64,000 nucleotides of DNA. Origin: Ginglymostoma cirratum (lineage: Eukaryota). This document shows, piece after piece, positions 11,976 to 25,109 of the stretch. The notes under the pieces are model-generated. The model was given only the letters and a program-made list of their open reading frames with translations. It made no database searches and was not told the origin of the DNA. The position numbers and the translations under genes were made by a program. The DNA is taken from contig JAHRHZ010000024.1 of the NCBI GenBank assembly GCA_024137785.1, positions 1,548,745 to 1,612,744 of the forward strand, given 5' to 3'. Every line of letters begins with the position of its first letter. The first letter of the stretch is position 1.

Positions 11976-14004
11976 TTCAGTCTGAGCATCCAGCATCTAC
12001 ACTTAGACTTTCGGAAGCTGCTTGTTTTGCAATGCAAGCTGAAAATAGGCCTTCAGACTATTATTCATTTTTCTGTACCCTGGCACATTGAATTCCTCTT
12101 CTGAGCCTGCTGCGGTGGAACCCATATGTGGTCACAGCCTGTGGTGAATTGGCTTCTATGTCACCCTTGCTCCCAGCAATGCATTTGTGTTTGGTGTGTC
12201 ATAGTGTGCAGCTCTATGCCATCCTTTTTGGGTATCTCTCAGCATTTTAGCTGGAAACTCCAAATATGAAATCAAGTGATGGTACAATTTCATCACAACT
12301 GCCTTCTTGGCTTCCTTCTCCCTCCTGGAGTCTTGGAAAAACTTTAGTGGAGACTGTGGGAGGTGGTTTGAAAGCAGTGGACCCAGGAGATTTGATGGGA
12401 TTAAATGCACCCAATACCAGAATTGGAAAACTCTCCCCACTTTAGTTGGGTATGGGAAGGGGATCCTACCTGTGGTTGGCCATATAAGAGCCACTGGAAG
12501 TGATCTGTTCCTGAGCCCTCCAGAACTTAGTGGTGACTCAGCATTGCATGGGTCTCCTGTGGCTCCCGATGACCACTCAGTGAACTCTGAGTTGCCCATG
12601 GCCTCCTGGAAGTGGGACGGTAAGAGAGGAAAAGCAGGGTAGGGATTTTCTTGTTAACAGGCACTCACTGTCTGATTCGAGAGATGTGGCTTATGCAAGG
12701 ATGGGATACGCAGCTGCCTGTGTGCCCTTGTGTCTGACTGCCCTCCCCTCCCCCTCACCTGTCTGTGCGGGTCCAGCAACAGTTCTCCGGATAGACCATA
12801 ATGCATTACTGACAGCAGGCACCACTGCTGACAATAGAGAGCTGGCAGCCTCTCTTATAAATCTCCATTCTCGTGGGGATTGTGATACACCATCATTTGT
12901 GGTGGGTAACTTTAATCTCTGAATAGTAACCACTTGTATGACCAGTTATTGAAATCAAAGTGATTACAGATAATATTCTGCTTTTCTCAGGTCAGGGAGG
13001 TTTGATTGCGAACAGGTTTCAGCGTGCTAAAAACCAAGTGCTAATTCAAAAGTGTAATAAATGCACACTTTTAACTTGTGGCGTGCCAAAATGGCAGGAA
13101 TTTATTTGCCTTACATTATAGAAAGGTAATGTAAATAGAACACTATTTGAGTTGGGGTGCTTTTTCTCTAATCAATGCAAATAGTTGCGGTCTGTCATCT
13201 AATTAATCAATTGTTTTATTCATTAATAACGGAAAGATTGCCAAATGCGGTGCTTCTAGAATGCAATCCATAAACCTCGTGGACTTTCATCTTGGAACTG
13301 AAGTTTTTCCAAACAGTGTAAAATGGAGAAAGGTAACAGCTGTCCTGTTGACTAGGGAGCAGCAGATGGATCTGCAGAGAATGCCATGCAGTGCAGAAGA
13401 TGACATGCGGTTATAATCAGGTTTAGCACGCCTGTCCAACATTCCAAATTTGAAACTGTGTCATAATGTAACGTACGAATTGATGGACAGCATTAACCCT
13501 CTGAGTAGATTTATATATTAATTCTTAAAATTAATCCCTTTCAAATGCCTTCCTTCTGACTTTGTTCAAGAAACCAGTGAAATACACTACCGTTAGCCTC
13601 TTTTAATATTACCTGCTATTCCTAAATACTTATTACTTATTCCATATTACTTAAGGGGTGCTTGATATTATCTTTATGGTACCTAAAAGGTGAAGACTGC
13701 CACTAACATTTTCCCATTCTTCAAACAAGACTATGACATAGAAACTTGTTATTTGATGTAGATAAGACATCTTGGCGCAGTAATTTGTGTTCTGTAATAA
13801 AAACCACAAAAATATGACTAATACATTAATTCTTTTTAGAAATGATCACTTATAGCTCCAAAATATTTCAATGCTAGTTATGAATAAACTCATAATCAGA
13901 ATATGAGTGACTCTCAATCAGGCAACATGCAACATGCCACAGGGCACAAATCTTCAGAAGTGCAGCAGAGTAAGGAAACATGAGCACAAAAGTCTCTTCT
14001 GTGC

Positions 14005-14150
14005 AGTATTGATCATTATCATGTTTCTATTTGTGGGAGCTTGGTGCATGATTCCCGGATCAGTGACTACACTTGATTTCAATGTGTGTAAAGTGCTTTG
14101 GAATGCCTTGAGGTCATGAAAAACATTATATAAATCTGAGTCTTTCTCGT
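14005..14150 (+). mobile_element. Deu-domain SINE (SacSINE/AmnSINE-like), 3' fragment
   Basis: tttgtgggagcttg...cagtgactacactt...gtaaagtgctttgg...gaggtcatgaaa...tatataaat; matches 30820-30990. Confidence 0.65.
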
Positions 14151-14844
14151 TTATTTTCCAAACGTCTATTGAAATACATGTACTTAAACTCAGAAAACAT
14201 TTCAACTGTTTCCCGTCAACTTGAACAGTGGTACCATCCTTGCAGAATCTGTCTTTCTCCATTAATTGTCATCACTTGTTTTGTGTTTTTGTTCAGAAAG
14301 CACAGTGCTCTAAGTGGAAAACTTCACCCACCTGGCCATATGTATCAGCAAATTATAACCATGATGTTATATGGTATCAGTAAAGGTGCCAAATAAATAG
14401 GGTGCTTTTGGGCAATCAAACCAATAGATTAAAATGCAGGCTGGGGTGCTTTTACATGAACCAAAGGTTAGTATCCAACACTACAAAGCAATGATAGAGA
14501 AACAAGCACTATGTAGCACTGCTAATATTGTAAAATATACAAAGGCACATAACAAGAGGTATAACAGAATTCAAATTGAACTGCATGACACAGTAGGCTA
14601 CGAAACCAAAATTTACTATCAGAAAGATCGATTTTAAGGGTGTTTTAAAGGCAAAGATAGATGATTTGGGAAGAGAATTCTAGAGCTTCAGGCCTAGACA
14701 GTTAAACTAATGTCAATTGCAATGCTAGTTTATTTAAGTTACATAGAGTGATGCCTCCTCTTTACAACTTTGAACATAGTTGAACACCCTGGCACACAAC
14801 AGCCATTTTGATGAAATGGTCTCGTCAGAACGTGGAAGGAGGTA

Positions 14845-15040
14845 TTCAATTCTGAAATCATTAAACTCAACGTTGAGCCCAGAGGCTGGAAGGGACCTAG
14901 GTGGAAGATGAGGTGTTGTGTCTCTAGTTTGCATTGGACTTTGCTGGAGCACTGTAGCAGGCCCAAGACACAAATATTGGCTTGGGAACATGGTGGTGTG
15001 TTGAAATGGCAGCGATCTGGAATCTTAGGGTCGTTTTTAC
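14845..15040 (-). mobile_element. Penelope GIY-YIG endonuclease C-terminal fragment
   Basis: HFNTPPCSQANICVLGLLQCSSKVQCKLETQHLIFHLG parallels NHF..PSHS..MSI.QC..EATRRLQEQHLIFRLG at 58570-58680. Confidence 0.75.
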
Positions 15041-15285
15041 TCCTACTGAGGCCAGGAAGCACCCGGTTAGCTCATCTGCAAGCCTCTAATTGCATGATAT
15101 AGTTAGAACTGAAGTACCACTATAGAAAATCTCAAACTGGTGAAGCGATACGGGGTTAAATTTCACACTATATTAAAAATATAGTAGAGTGAGAACAATT
15201 TGTCCAAAATAATACAAACTGAAGGGTTCTTGCAACAGTAGGCTTCAGGGGTGCAATGTGTCACCTTGATCATATGGTGTCTAGT

Positions 15286-15415
15286 ATGAGGTTGTTGACT
15301 TGCTTGTGGAGCTGGATTGTGTTTTTTCATGCTTTGAATGAGAACAAGCCAGCTCGGCGAGCAAGCCAACAACCTCACCCACAATCCGAGCTGCAGGTCT
15401 TTGCCAAAACTCTAA
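15286..15415. mobile_element. Short fold-back remnant, probably a further Penelope pLTR family
   Basis: tgaggttgttgacttgcttgtggagctgg is complementary to ccagctcggcgagcaagccaacaacctca. Family assignment is from memory of shark repeats. Confidence 0.5.
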
Positions 15416-15764
15416 AGGTGGCTAGTATTGTGACCACAATAATTTCACTTCAGATCTGAATTACAGCACACGATTTTTGAAAAATATGTTTATATGTAAA
15501 GAGAGAGCAGCTAACGTGACACTTATAAATTGTTGCAATGTGGAGTTATGCATCAGAGATTGGACAGAACTAAATTACTATCACCTTCCACTGGAAGCCA
15601 TGGTAATGTAATTTTCAAGCTGATGAACAATTGCTTTGCACATCCCAAATGGACATCGGGATTTTTTTTAATGTCTGACAACTGGTTCCTCATTTTTAGC
15701 TTCATATACCTGCTATGTCCTTGTGTGAAGTCTCTCTTGATGTTCTTGGTTAGCATTGTATTCC

Positions 15765-15960
15765 TGGGTCGGTTAGCTCAGTTGGCTGAATAGATGGTTT
15801 GCGATACAGAGTGATGCCAAAAGTGCGGGCTCAATTCCTGCCTACAATTAAAGACTCTCTTTCTCAACGTCTCCCTTTGCCTGAGGCATGGTGACCCTCC
15901 AGTTAAACCAGCACCAATAGTCTCCCTAGTGAGAGAGTGGAACTATGGTGACTTCACCTG
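15765..15960 (+). mobile_element. tRNA-derived SINE (single copy in window)
   Basis: A-box-like tagctcagttgg and B-box-like gggctcaattcc, followed by a non-tRNA body. Confidence 0.65.
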
Positions 15961-18900
15961 TATTTACTGAGCTGGGGGCTGATGACTCATAAGACATGAG
16001 GCCCTTGATATTGTACCTACCTCCTCTGAACAGTTTCTCTTGCAATGCTATTGCACTGGGTTGCATTATTAAAAGAAATTGTATACCCTTTAAGTGGAGG
16101 TTGGGATGTTTCTTTGAAAGTTAGTCCACTAGTTTGTATTGCATTGGCACCATGCTATACACTAATAATCAGGGGATACAGAAAGGGAAATAACATGTTT
16201 GCATGATATCAGGACTTTGACTCATTGTTCACAATGTTTAACTGAGAATGATATCCTGTTCATCTTCATCTTGAAAACAGAAAGAGTTGGTGTGGACAAA
16301 CATCCACTCATCTTCCTACAATTTGTACACTGCCATTTCTATTGTCCACACTTATTAACCCAAGCTGTACAAAGACAAACTTTCCAGGCTGTCAGCGATG
16401 TTTTCTTTCTTGGTTCAAAGAACATCATAAAATAAGTGCCCGCTGAAGAGGTTGCAGAGTTTGTATTTGAATTCTGATGAGAGTCCATATGGGTCAATCC
16501 ACTACTACCCTGCCTCAATAACTCACACACTGACAGAGCTGTGTCCTGGGGCTGGCTTGTCACTCATGAATACCCATGGGTTGCTAACTGCAGAGTTCCA
16601 GCAGCTCTTAGCTTGGTTACTAACCCAAAACACTGCAACAACAAAAATAAAATAGCAAGGCAGTACGATCTGACACAAGTACTCCTCCTGATGGCTAATC
16701 AGTCACAATTAAAGTGGAGGTACAGTTAGGGGAGAGCAGCAGTTACAACATGCACGGATATCACTTTTATTGTGCCAGAGTGGCTAAATGGCACAAGGAG
16801 TTAAAAGTGGTTGAGATAGTGGAATGTTTCAGAAACTCAACAATGCAAGGACTTGTGAGACTTTAGCCTCCTAATGTTATTACCTCCTCACTCCTTATTC
16901 ATTTACCTGTCATTCCGATCATATCGAACAGCAACTAACCTTTGTCTACTGATTTCACACAAAATGATTTTCTTGTTGGGATGAAGGGAATGGGGTGGAA
17001 TTTCAGTTGCCACTTTGAGCCTGTGAAGTATTGCTTTTGAAGCGGCATGAAGTTATTGCTAGAAGTGACTCGAGTTATGCTACAAAAGCTCATCCATAAA
17101 GCCGAGCTGCATTCATCTCGGTTATAAAAGAAATCTGCAGCTTCGATGTACCAGTACCCAGGATTAAGCTAAGCCATTTTACAGAGCCTGCACAGCTGAA
17201 AAAAAAATGGAGCCTTTCACAGCCTGAGACATCAGCAGGACATCCTGTTTCAGCTTAGAAATAACCCCGTCCCCTAATAAAAAAGAAACTCTAGAAATAA
17301 TCTCCAACAGAAGAGTCTGTTCAGTCGCTGATTGTCAGATTGGCAAAGATCCAGTGCTGTAGAAAGAGGTCCTGTGGAGCTACTGGAAGGCAGTCAAACA
17401 GCACCTAAGGAAGTCATTAAAAAATCTCATTTATTTAGTTCTCATTTTATGATAGTTTGCCCCGCAAAAGCATCCTCTAGGCTATTAAGGAAGCAATACA
17501 AATAATTATGCAATAAAGAAGCATTTCAGTTGAATTAAAATAATCTCAGTGCTGGTTTTGGCAGAAAATCTGAACGTTTGGCATAACATCATGGGTAGCT
17601 CATAAATGATTATGTTATGATGTTTTTATGTTGGGTTAAATTGTTTCTCCATGTACTTTCTTACTCTAAAGGGCTTTGAGCTGTCAGTTCAAATTAATAA
17701 TTCACTTTTACATATATATTATGTATTGGACAAATGTTAACTGAATGTACCGATAGCAGAGGGAGGATAGAGTTTAACAAGAAAGAAGAGTGAATCAAAA
17801 ACAAATGAACAGCTTGCTTCAAGACTAAAGCTAATGGAAAAAGGCAAAGAAAACATCAAATTGTAATCTGCGCAGAAACATTCATTACAACTGACATTCT
17901 CTGTCACTTTTAATCGAGGTTGATGTGGAAGCATGCATTAACATAGGATGGAAATGTAACTTTACAAAGTTCCTGCAGTGTTACAGGCAATAACAGAAGC
18001 TAATGCTGGCAGTAGTGCTAGCAGTCTTATGATAAGTACAGCAAACTTAATTTTGAACAGGTAGTAATGAGTCTTGGCTCCAAAAGTGACAAGAGATTAA
18101 TTTAAAAGTTACAGTGATTATTAAAGCAAAATGGAAAATGCTGATAAACGTGCATACTAACCTCACACAGACACAGGTCAACATTAACGACTGTACACAT
18201 CTCTGTATTTTAGCACAATTTAGATCCAAGTGCATCTCTTGATTTCAATGCATACATATACGACTGCCTTAGAATCTCATATAATTATTAATATTTGAAG
18301 AAATACTGGAATAGTAAGCATCAGATGGATCATTAAAAAATCTTTTTGGTGTTTTAACAGGAGCATTGATGTGCATGTAAGAAGGCATTATTTTCAGAAT
18401 AAAACTAATTAAATTTTACACACTATGCAAATTGACTGTTTTGCCATTGTCATAGAAATCTCGACACTACATAGTGGTAATGGGATTTGTAGATACTAAA
18501 TCCTTCTGTTGCGAAAGTGAAGGACTTTTCAGAACGAGTCATGATTAAAAAAACACATTCTTTGATTTCATTTTCATGACAACTGTTGTTAGAAACACTT
18601 TGTTCTCCTCAATATTTCTCAGCTACTCACTGATGTGTGAGCATTCCCTGCCCACTACGTCTGGCCCAGCTAACAGACAAAAAAAACCAAAAATCACAGC
18701 CAGCAAATCTGCACCAGTTGGCTTTGAAGCAATCTGGCTCTCTTCAGAAAGATTACTGACCTTGCTAGGTTTCCTTTTTTTTACCCCCTTCATTCCTTTT
18801 TAGTCAGTCAGTGATGTGTGCACCTCCAGTACTGAAAATGTAAGCTCACAAAATGTCTGGCATAATTTACATGCTTGTCCTCCTTTCAGACAGACAGTGT

Positions 18901-20049
18901 TCAGCAAAAGATTTCAAAGAAAGGAAAAAGAGAAGAAAGGATTTTGGTGTGGTCCCTGTATGCAACACTTTCTATTGAAACAGGAAAACAAGCAGAAAGT
19001 GCTACAGTTTAGTCCCCCATTCCCATCTCTACTGACTACGCAAGCTCTCAATATTTTAGTTTGATTTTGGCCACAACCCTTTTCCTGTTGTAAAGCCCCT
19101 GAGATGATTATAAATTCCACATGAAAAGATAGGTCTGGTAAAAGACAGGTTGTATGTGCTGATCAGCAGAAATGAGCTCTGATTTTGCAGTCTGTCTCTT
19201 CTATATTCAGCTTCCTGTGATCTCTGCAGTATCATTAATATCCAATCAAATAAAAGAAGGTTTTCTTAAACTTGGTTTTGTTTTGCCTTTAAAAATGCTA
19301 ACAATTTATGAATTATTAAATTGAAACTTCAATGAACATGGCCTTCATTCTCATGTTACAATATTAAACTGAACCATCAAATTTAGACAATAATCCAGCA
19401 TCAAGACTGTTTTGTAGCAGATCAATGCCTCTCAACAGCAAATCTGAGTCAATTCTGTGTTTCTTGTACATTTAAATGCTCGTTACATACTGTTCTGCAC
19501 TTAGCTGTGAATTTCAAGACAGGAAGGATTAGTTCAAAATCAAAGTTGCTCTAAAAAGTGCAACAAGTCCCTTTTTTTTTCAATCCAAAACCCATTTTTG
19601 TGTCCTTTTCCTGGTTTCAGCCCATTTGTATTGTGCATGGATGTTAGGGCATGGATGGCATGTTAGTCGTCTCTAATTCTTCTCAAACCCCTGATGCAAG
19701 ATTGCTCAAGATTTACCTTTCCTCCCTTGAATTTTCCCATTTGTGGAGAAAGCAAATATACACATGACTCAAATAAAATGTGAAGCTTAGCACATAGGGT
19801 TGAGAAATTGTATCCTACCACTCCCTTGTACAGAATATTAGAAAAGAGACAAGCTCCATACATTCAGCTGACTAATGATTAACACTTGTGTGACCATTAC
19901 CACATTTGAGCAGGTTTTATTTCGTTGATTTATCAATTTGGTCTTTCGTTAAAAAGGCACTGTTGACCCCCAAACAAGATTGCTGGATTATAAACAGACT
20001 TACAATGGAACTTGTGACATTATTTGACTTTTTTTTCTAAATATAAAAT

Positions 20050-20262
20050 AGGAGTGGGATGTGGATGCCAATGAAAAAGACGGCATTTTATTTGTTGGCC
20101 ATCCATAATTGCCTTTTGAGAAGGTGCTGGTGAACTGCCTTATTGAACCCTCACAGTCCATCAGGTGAAACGACATCTACAGTGCAGTGAGGAAGTGTGT
20201 TCCAGGACTTTTATGAAGAGGAATTGAAAGAAAGACAATATGATTCCAAGTCAGAATGGTAA
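20050..20262 (-). mobile_element. Degraded old CR1-clade 3' end
   Basis: Similar to 6120-6310 and 11515-11710 (ttgagaaggtgctggtgaactgcc.ttgaac). Confidence 0.65.
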
Positions 20263-20461
20263 CAATGCATGGAAAAGTTAAATATGCGAATGATCCTCCA
20301 ACAGTGGAAGCAAATGTTATTCTACTAGATCTAAAAACAAAACAAGTCTTTCCATAGTATGATTAGCGTGTTATATGTAAAACGAGAAACAACTTTGGAG
20401 CTGTAAATGTTAATGATTAGAACAACACTGTAAACAGGGTTTTTAAAGGAGTATTCTCTTA

Positions 20462-22098
20462 AAGAGTCATAGAGTCATGCAGCACAGAAACAGATTCTTC
20501 AGTCCAACTCGTCTGCACCATCTAGATATCCTAAACTGATCTAAAACCGTTTGCCAGCATTTGGCCCATATCCCTATGAACTCTTTCCAATTCACATACC
20601 CATCCAGATGCCTTTTAGATGTTGTAATTGTACCAGCCTCCACCACTTTGTCTGGCAGCTCGTTCCATACACTCGCCACCTTCTGTGTGAAAACATTGCT
20701 CCTCAGGTCCATTCTAATTTGTTTCCCTTCTCACCTTAAACCTATGCCAGCTAGTTTTGGAGATAAAAGGTACTGCAGATGCTGGAGAATCCGAGATAAC
20801 AAGGTGTGGGGCTGGATGAACACAGCAGGCCAAGCAGCATCATAGGAGCAGGAAAGCTTGACGTTTCAGGCCTCGACCCTTCATCAGAAATGCTGCTTGG
20901 CCTGCTGTGTTCATCCAGCCCCACACCTTGTTATCCCAGCTAGTTTTGGACTTTCCTACCTTGGGAAAAAGACCTTGATGATTCACATTATCCATGTCTC
21001 TCATGATTTTATAAACCTCTACAAGATCTGTAGAAACCTCAGCCTCTGACACTCCAGGGAAAAATGCCCCAGCCTTTTCAGCCTCTTTCTACAGCTCAAA
21101 CCGTCCAATCCTGCAATATCTTTATAAATCTTTTCTGAAACTTCAAGTTTAACAATGGCTTTTCTATAGGAGGGAGACCAGAATTAAATGCAGTGTTCTA
21201 AAAGTGGCCTCATCAATGTCCTGTACAGCCGCAACATGACCTCCCAACTCCTATACTTAATGCAATGACCAATGAAGGCAAGTATGCCAAATGCCTTCTT
21301 CACCACCCTGTCTACCTGTGACTCCAATTTCAAGGAACTATGGACCTCCACTGACAGGTCTCTTTGTTCTGCAACACTCCCCAGGACCTTACCATTAAGT
21401 GTACAATTCCTACCCTGTTTTGCTTTACCAAAATTCAACACTTCGCATTTATCTAAATTAAGTTCCATCTGCCATTCCTTGGCCCATTGACCTATCTGAT
21501 CAAAGTTCTGTTGTACTCTGGGATAACCTTCCTCACTATCTAGTACGCCACCAATGTTGGTGTTATCTGCAAACTTACTAAGCATACCTCCTATATTCAG
21601 ATCCAAGTCATTTATATAAATGACAAAAATCTGTTGACCCAGCACTGATCCTTGCGGCACACTGCTAGTCACAGGCCTTCAGGCTGAAAGACAACCCTCT
21701 ACCACTACCTTCTGATTCCTATCTTCTAGCCAATTTTGTATCCAGTTGGCTAGTACCCCCTGGATTCCATGTGATCTAACCTTGCAAACCAGAGTACCAT
21801 GCAGAACCTTGTTGAACACCTTGCTGAAGTCCATACGGACATGTAACACTCTGCCTTCATCAATCTTCTTCATCACCGCTTCAAAAAACTCAATCATACT
21901 GATGAGATGTGATTTCCCATGCACAGAGCCATGTTGACTATCTCTAATCAGTCTTTGCCTTTCCAACTGCATGTCAATCCTGTCCCTCAGAATCCCCTCC
22001 AACCTCTTACGCACCACTGACATCAGACTCACTGGCCTATAGCTCTCTGGCATTTCCTTACCACCTTCCTTAAATAACAGCACCACGTTAGCCACCCT
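20462..22098 (-). mobile_element. CR1 LINE, 5'-truncated, frameshifted RT
   Basis: Minus ORFs read ANVVLLFK..YRPVSLMSVV..MDFSKVFNKVLH, VPQGSVLG..YINDLD..KFADNT and RSNVFTQKVASVWNELP. The tail lies at 20462-20480. Confidence 0.95.
20762..20935. mobile_element. 174-bp fold-back Penelope pLTR insertion (family A) with perfect 15-bp TSD
   Basis: ccagctagttttgga at 20747-20761 and 20936-20950. Full pLTR on minus (core 20860-20887) followed by an inverted partial copy at 20890-20935. Confidence 0.9.
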
Positions 22099-22144
22099 AA
22101 TGAAATATTATTTACCTTTCTTTGTTGGTTTGTGAACATAAAGA

Positions 22145-22460
22145 CCACCTTCTTGAACCACTGCAGTCCACCTACTGTGGGTTGACTCACAGTGCCTTTA
22201 GGGAGGGAATTCCAGGATAAATTTCCAAGTCATAATGGTGAATAGCTTGGAGGGAAAGTTGAAGACGGTGGTGTTCCCATGTATCTGCTGCTGGAAGTGA
22301 TCATGGATTTGGAAGGTGCTGTCTGAGGATCTTTGGTGAATTTCTACAGTGCATCCTGTAGATAATACACACTGCTGTTACTGAGCGTTGGGAGTAGGGG
22401 GAGTGGATTCTTGTGGACGTGGTGCCAATCAAGCGGCTGCTTTGTCCTGGATGGTGTTAC
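22145..22460 (-). mobile_element. Old CR1-clade 3' fragment
   Basis: Aligns with 11590-11945. Confidence 0.75.
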
Positions 22461-23264
22461 AATTACTTCTCAATATTTACCACACCAATGATATCCCACC
22501 CTCAAATCATTTCATTCACTATCTGAATATACATTGACATATAAACCTCATACAACTGCATCCTCAATGGGCACTTTCTTACTCTTTTGCATTTTGATGG
22601 CCTAGAGATTGCTTTCCCGTTCTGATGTCCAAAACCTCATCTCAGATGGGAAAGCTTGAAAACTTTTACACAAACTCTCACAGCTTGAAGACTTCACAAA
22701 TTAAAACCCTTCTGCTAGGACAAAACTATTCTCCTGGACAGAACATTGATTCTGAACGAATAGCCCCTGGTTTATTTTCTATGTGACACAAAACCTCAAC
22801 TTTGTAAACACTTCATTAATTAACATTACTGGTGCCCTGCTAGGCAGTTACCTTGGAAATGAATCTGATTCACTGTTCCAGATGACTTTCTGACCTTTTT
22901 TTGAAAAATGTCAACCTTCACAGATCTATTTTACCTTTCCTTTAGGGGTCTGAGAGAGATGTAGTCGAGGGTGCATGTGGCATTGGATGGGTCAATTTAA
23001 TAGTAACCCGGAAGTTAGATTAGGTTTTTAATTCTCTAATCTTTCATGGATAACTGCTCAATTAATTGCAATGGAATCCTTCAAATTCTCAAATTAAATG
23101 CATACTTTCTGAAGGAATTGCCCATCAGAATCTTCAATTTCCTTTCCCTCAGCATCTGCTAAGTCAGGGATTCCTCAGGGTCCAGACATACAACTCCCAT
23201 TTTCCCATCCTTGCTGCAGAAATGACTATCTGGCCATCAGAAAATCTGGGCCAATGTTTTTTTG

Positions 23265-23392
23265 GAGATAGCAAGAACTGCCAATGCTGGAGTCAGTGAC
23301 AATACAGTGTGGAGCTGGAAGAACACAGCAGGTCAGGCATCATCAGAGGAGTAGGCATGCCAACGTTTCAGGTCGGGATCCTTCTTCAGAAT
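23265..23392 (-). mobile_element. Solo Penelope pLTR (family A variant)
   Basis: Minus strand reads ctgaagaaggatcccgacctgaaacgttgg...ctgatgatgcctgacctgctgtgttcttccagctcc. Confidence 0.75.
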
Positions 23393-23527
23393 GTTTCTTT
23401 GTTGTGTGAGTTTTCCATTTTTTGCTTTGACTGCAGGGAAGAGTGAATACAGCAGCTGGGCAGTGATAGAATTGGTGTTGCATTTCTTTGAGATTTCTTT
23501 GTGATTTCCTTTGAGATTACTCAAATC

Positions 23528-23808
23528 AGGCCTGTTTTCTGTAGCATTTAAAGGTTAAGGGGTGACTTAATTGAAGTCTTCAAGAGATTGACAGGAAAAG
23601 ACAGAGTAACTAAAGAGAAACTACTTCTACTGATTGGAGATTCTAGAACTAGGAGGTATTTTCTAAGAATTAGAGTCAGACTGTTCAGGTGAGATGTTAG
23701 AAATTATTTGTGTACACAAAGGGTGGTAAATATTTGAAACTTTCTCTCACAAATGGCAGTGGATGCTGAATTAGTTGTTAATTTTAAACTTGAGATAGAT
23801 AATTTCTG
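23528..23808 (+). mobile_element. Degraded CR1 3' fragment
   Basis: aggttaaggggtgacttaattgaagtcttcaag (RLRGDLIEVFK) and downstream CR1-like motifs. Confidence 0.7.
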
Positions 23809-23877
23809 TTGGAATCTAAGGGATGAAAGCAGAGTTACCGTTTCACGTCTGGTGACTCTTCATCAGAACTCCAGTGG

Positions 23878-24928
23878 AAGAATGGAATCTTTTCCTGCTC
23901 CAAAACACTTCAGTTTAAAACTAGAGGCTTACATAGTGCATATGTGTAGTCGATGACTTCCTGAATTTTAGGGAATCCCGTTGCAAACTAATTGCTCGGA
24001 AACCATAAGATATAGGGGCAGAAGCAGACCATTCTGACAAAGGGTCACCGGACTCGAAACATTAAATCTAATTTCTTCCCCCAGATGCTGTCAGATCTGC
24101 TGAGTTTCTCCAGCTATTTCTGTTTTGTTTCAAATGCCTAACGTCTGCTGTTGTTTATTTTATTTCATATTTGAGAGGATTGGATACAGTTTATAAATTT
24201 TCTGATGGATCCACAGTAACGGAAGGTAAGATGTATGGAACGTGTGCTGAAGCCAAAAACTCACTTCAGTTATACACAGACAGTATTACTTCCACATACA
24301 GGGCACAAACCTAGAAGCCTCTGGTACATTCTTGGTTTCCCAATTCCCTTCATGACTGCTGAGCTTGACTGCCTGACACAATTGTTGATGGCAACAGCTA
24401 GTCTCGCATGATTGTCAGATTGTGAAACATGCAGTAAATCATCATAAGCCTGGAGAACTCCTTGGTTTTGCACGACAGAGCACCTCCTAACAGATTTAAG
24501 CAAGTAAAATCTAAATGAGGAGCCCAGTGACTTTTCTCGTGACTGAGCGTCTCTCACAGTGAGTGCTCAGTTGGTATCCGGAATTTTTGTAGGGATGGCC
24601 TGAATCATGGCAGAGGATAATCCCTCTCAACTAGTAACCAGTCATGCAGTGAGGCCCAAAGGTCCCTGGGATAGTGACTGCCTCTTTACAAATACATAGA
24701 GATAGCTCCATGGATAGCAGGTTTTCAGCTGTATGAAATATTGCCAGCGGCTACATGAGCTACGCACTGAAAGAATAGAATCTTTTCCTGTTACACAACC
24801 CTTGAGTTTAAAATTAGAAGCTTACACGGTACATATGTGCAGTCAATGATTCCCTGAACTTCAGGGAATTCTGCTGCAAACTAAATGCTAGCAGAACATG
24901 AGACTTAGAGTCAGAAGTAGGCCATTCA
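23878..24928 (+). repeat. Diverged direct repeat of about 155 bp (23878-24034 and 24772-24928)
   Basis: gaat.gaatcttttcctg...gtttaaaa.taga.gcttaca...catatgtg.agtc.atga...gcaaactaa.tgct...cagaag.ag.ccattc is present twice. Confidence 0.85.
24034..24160 (+). mobile_element. Solo Penelope pLTR (family B); another partial copy on minus at 23826-23870
   Basis: ctgacaaagggtcaccggactcgaaacatt...cagatgctgtcagatctgctgagtttctccagc. Confidence 0.75.
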
Positions 24929-25109
24929 GCCCATCAGATCTGTTCTGCCATCCAATGAGATCATGGCTAATCTGTCAATCCTCAACATTTCCAACATCTG
25001 GTTTACCACTATTCTTTGTCACATTGTATGGGTTTTTTTTTCAATCTGCTGCTGTCCTCAACTTCCTTTGTTAACTATGATTGGCTTACCCCTTTCCTAG
25101 AATCCTTGG

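Noticed and set aside
12156-12933. Overlapping ORFs of 78-147 aa as a gene
   Set aside because: No recognisable protein. VVGNFN resembles a decayed LINE endonuclease GDFN motif, so this is probably old retroelement debris too degraded to classify.
12991-13125. Plus-strand coding exon after cttttctcag
   Set aside because: The long open frame hits a stop just before the donor and the peptide is unrecognised; better treated as part of a candidate CNE.
15765-15842. tRNA genes at SINE heads (also 37948, 46978, 61902)
   Set aside because: A/B boxes are present, but there is no intact cloverleaf and each continues into a SINE body.
21184-22095. Functional reverse transcriptase, retron or DGR
   Set aside because: Frameshifted, 5'-truncated CR1 RT with a degenerate catalytic motif (FADN) in a vertebrate repeat context.
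24217-24225. 9-nt microexon (ccacag|TAACGGAAG|gtaaga)
   Set aside because: Weak pyrimidine tract, adjacent to TE debris, and expected by chance.
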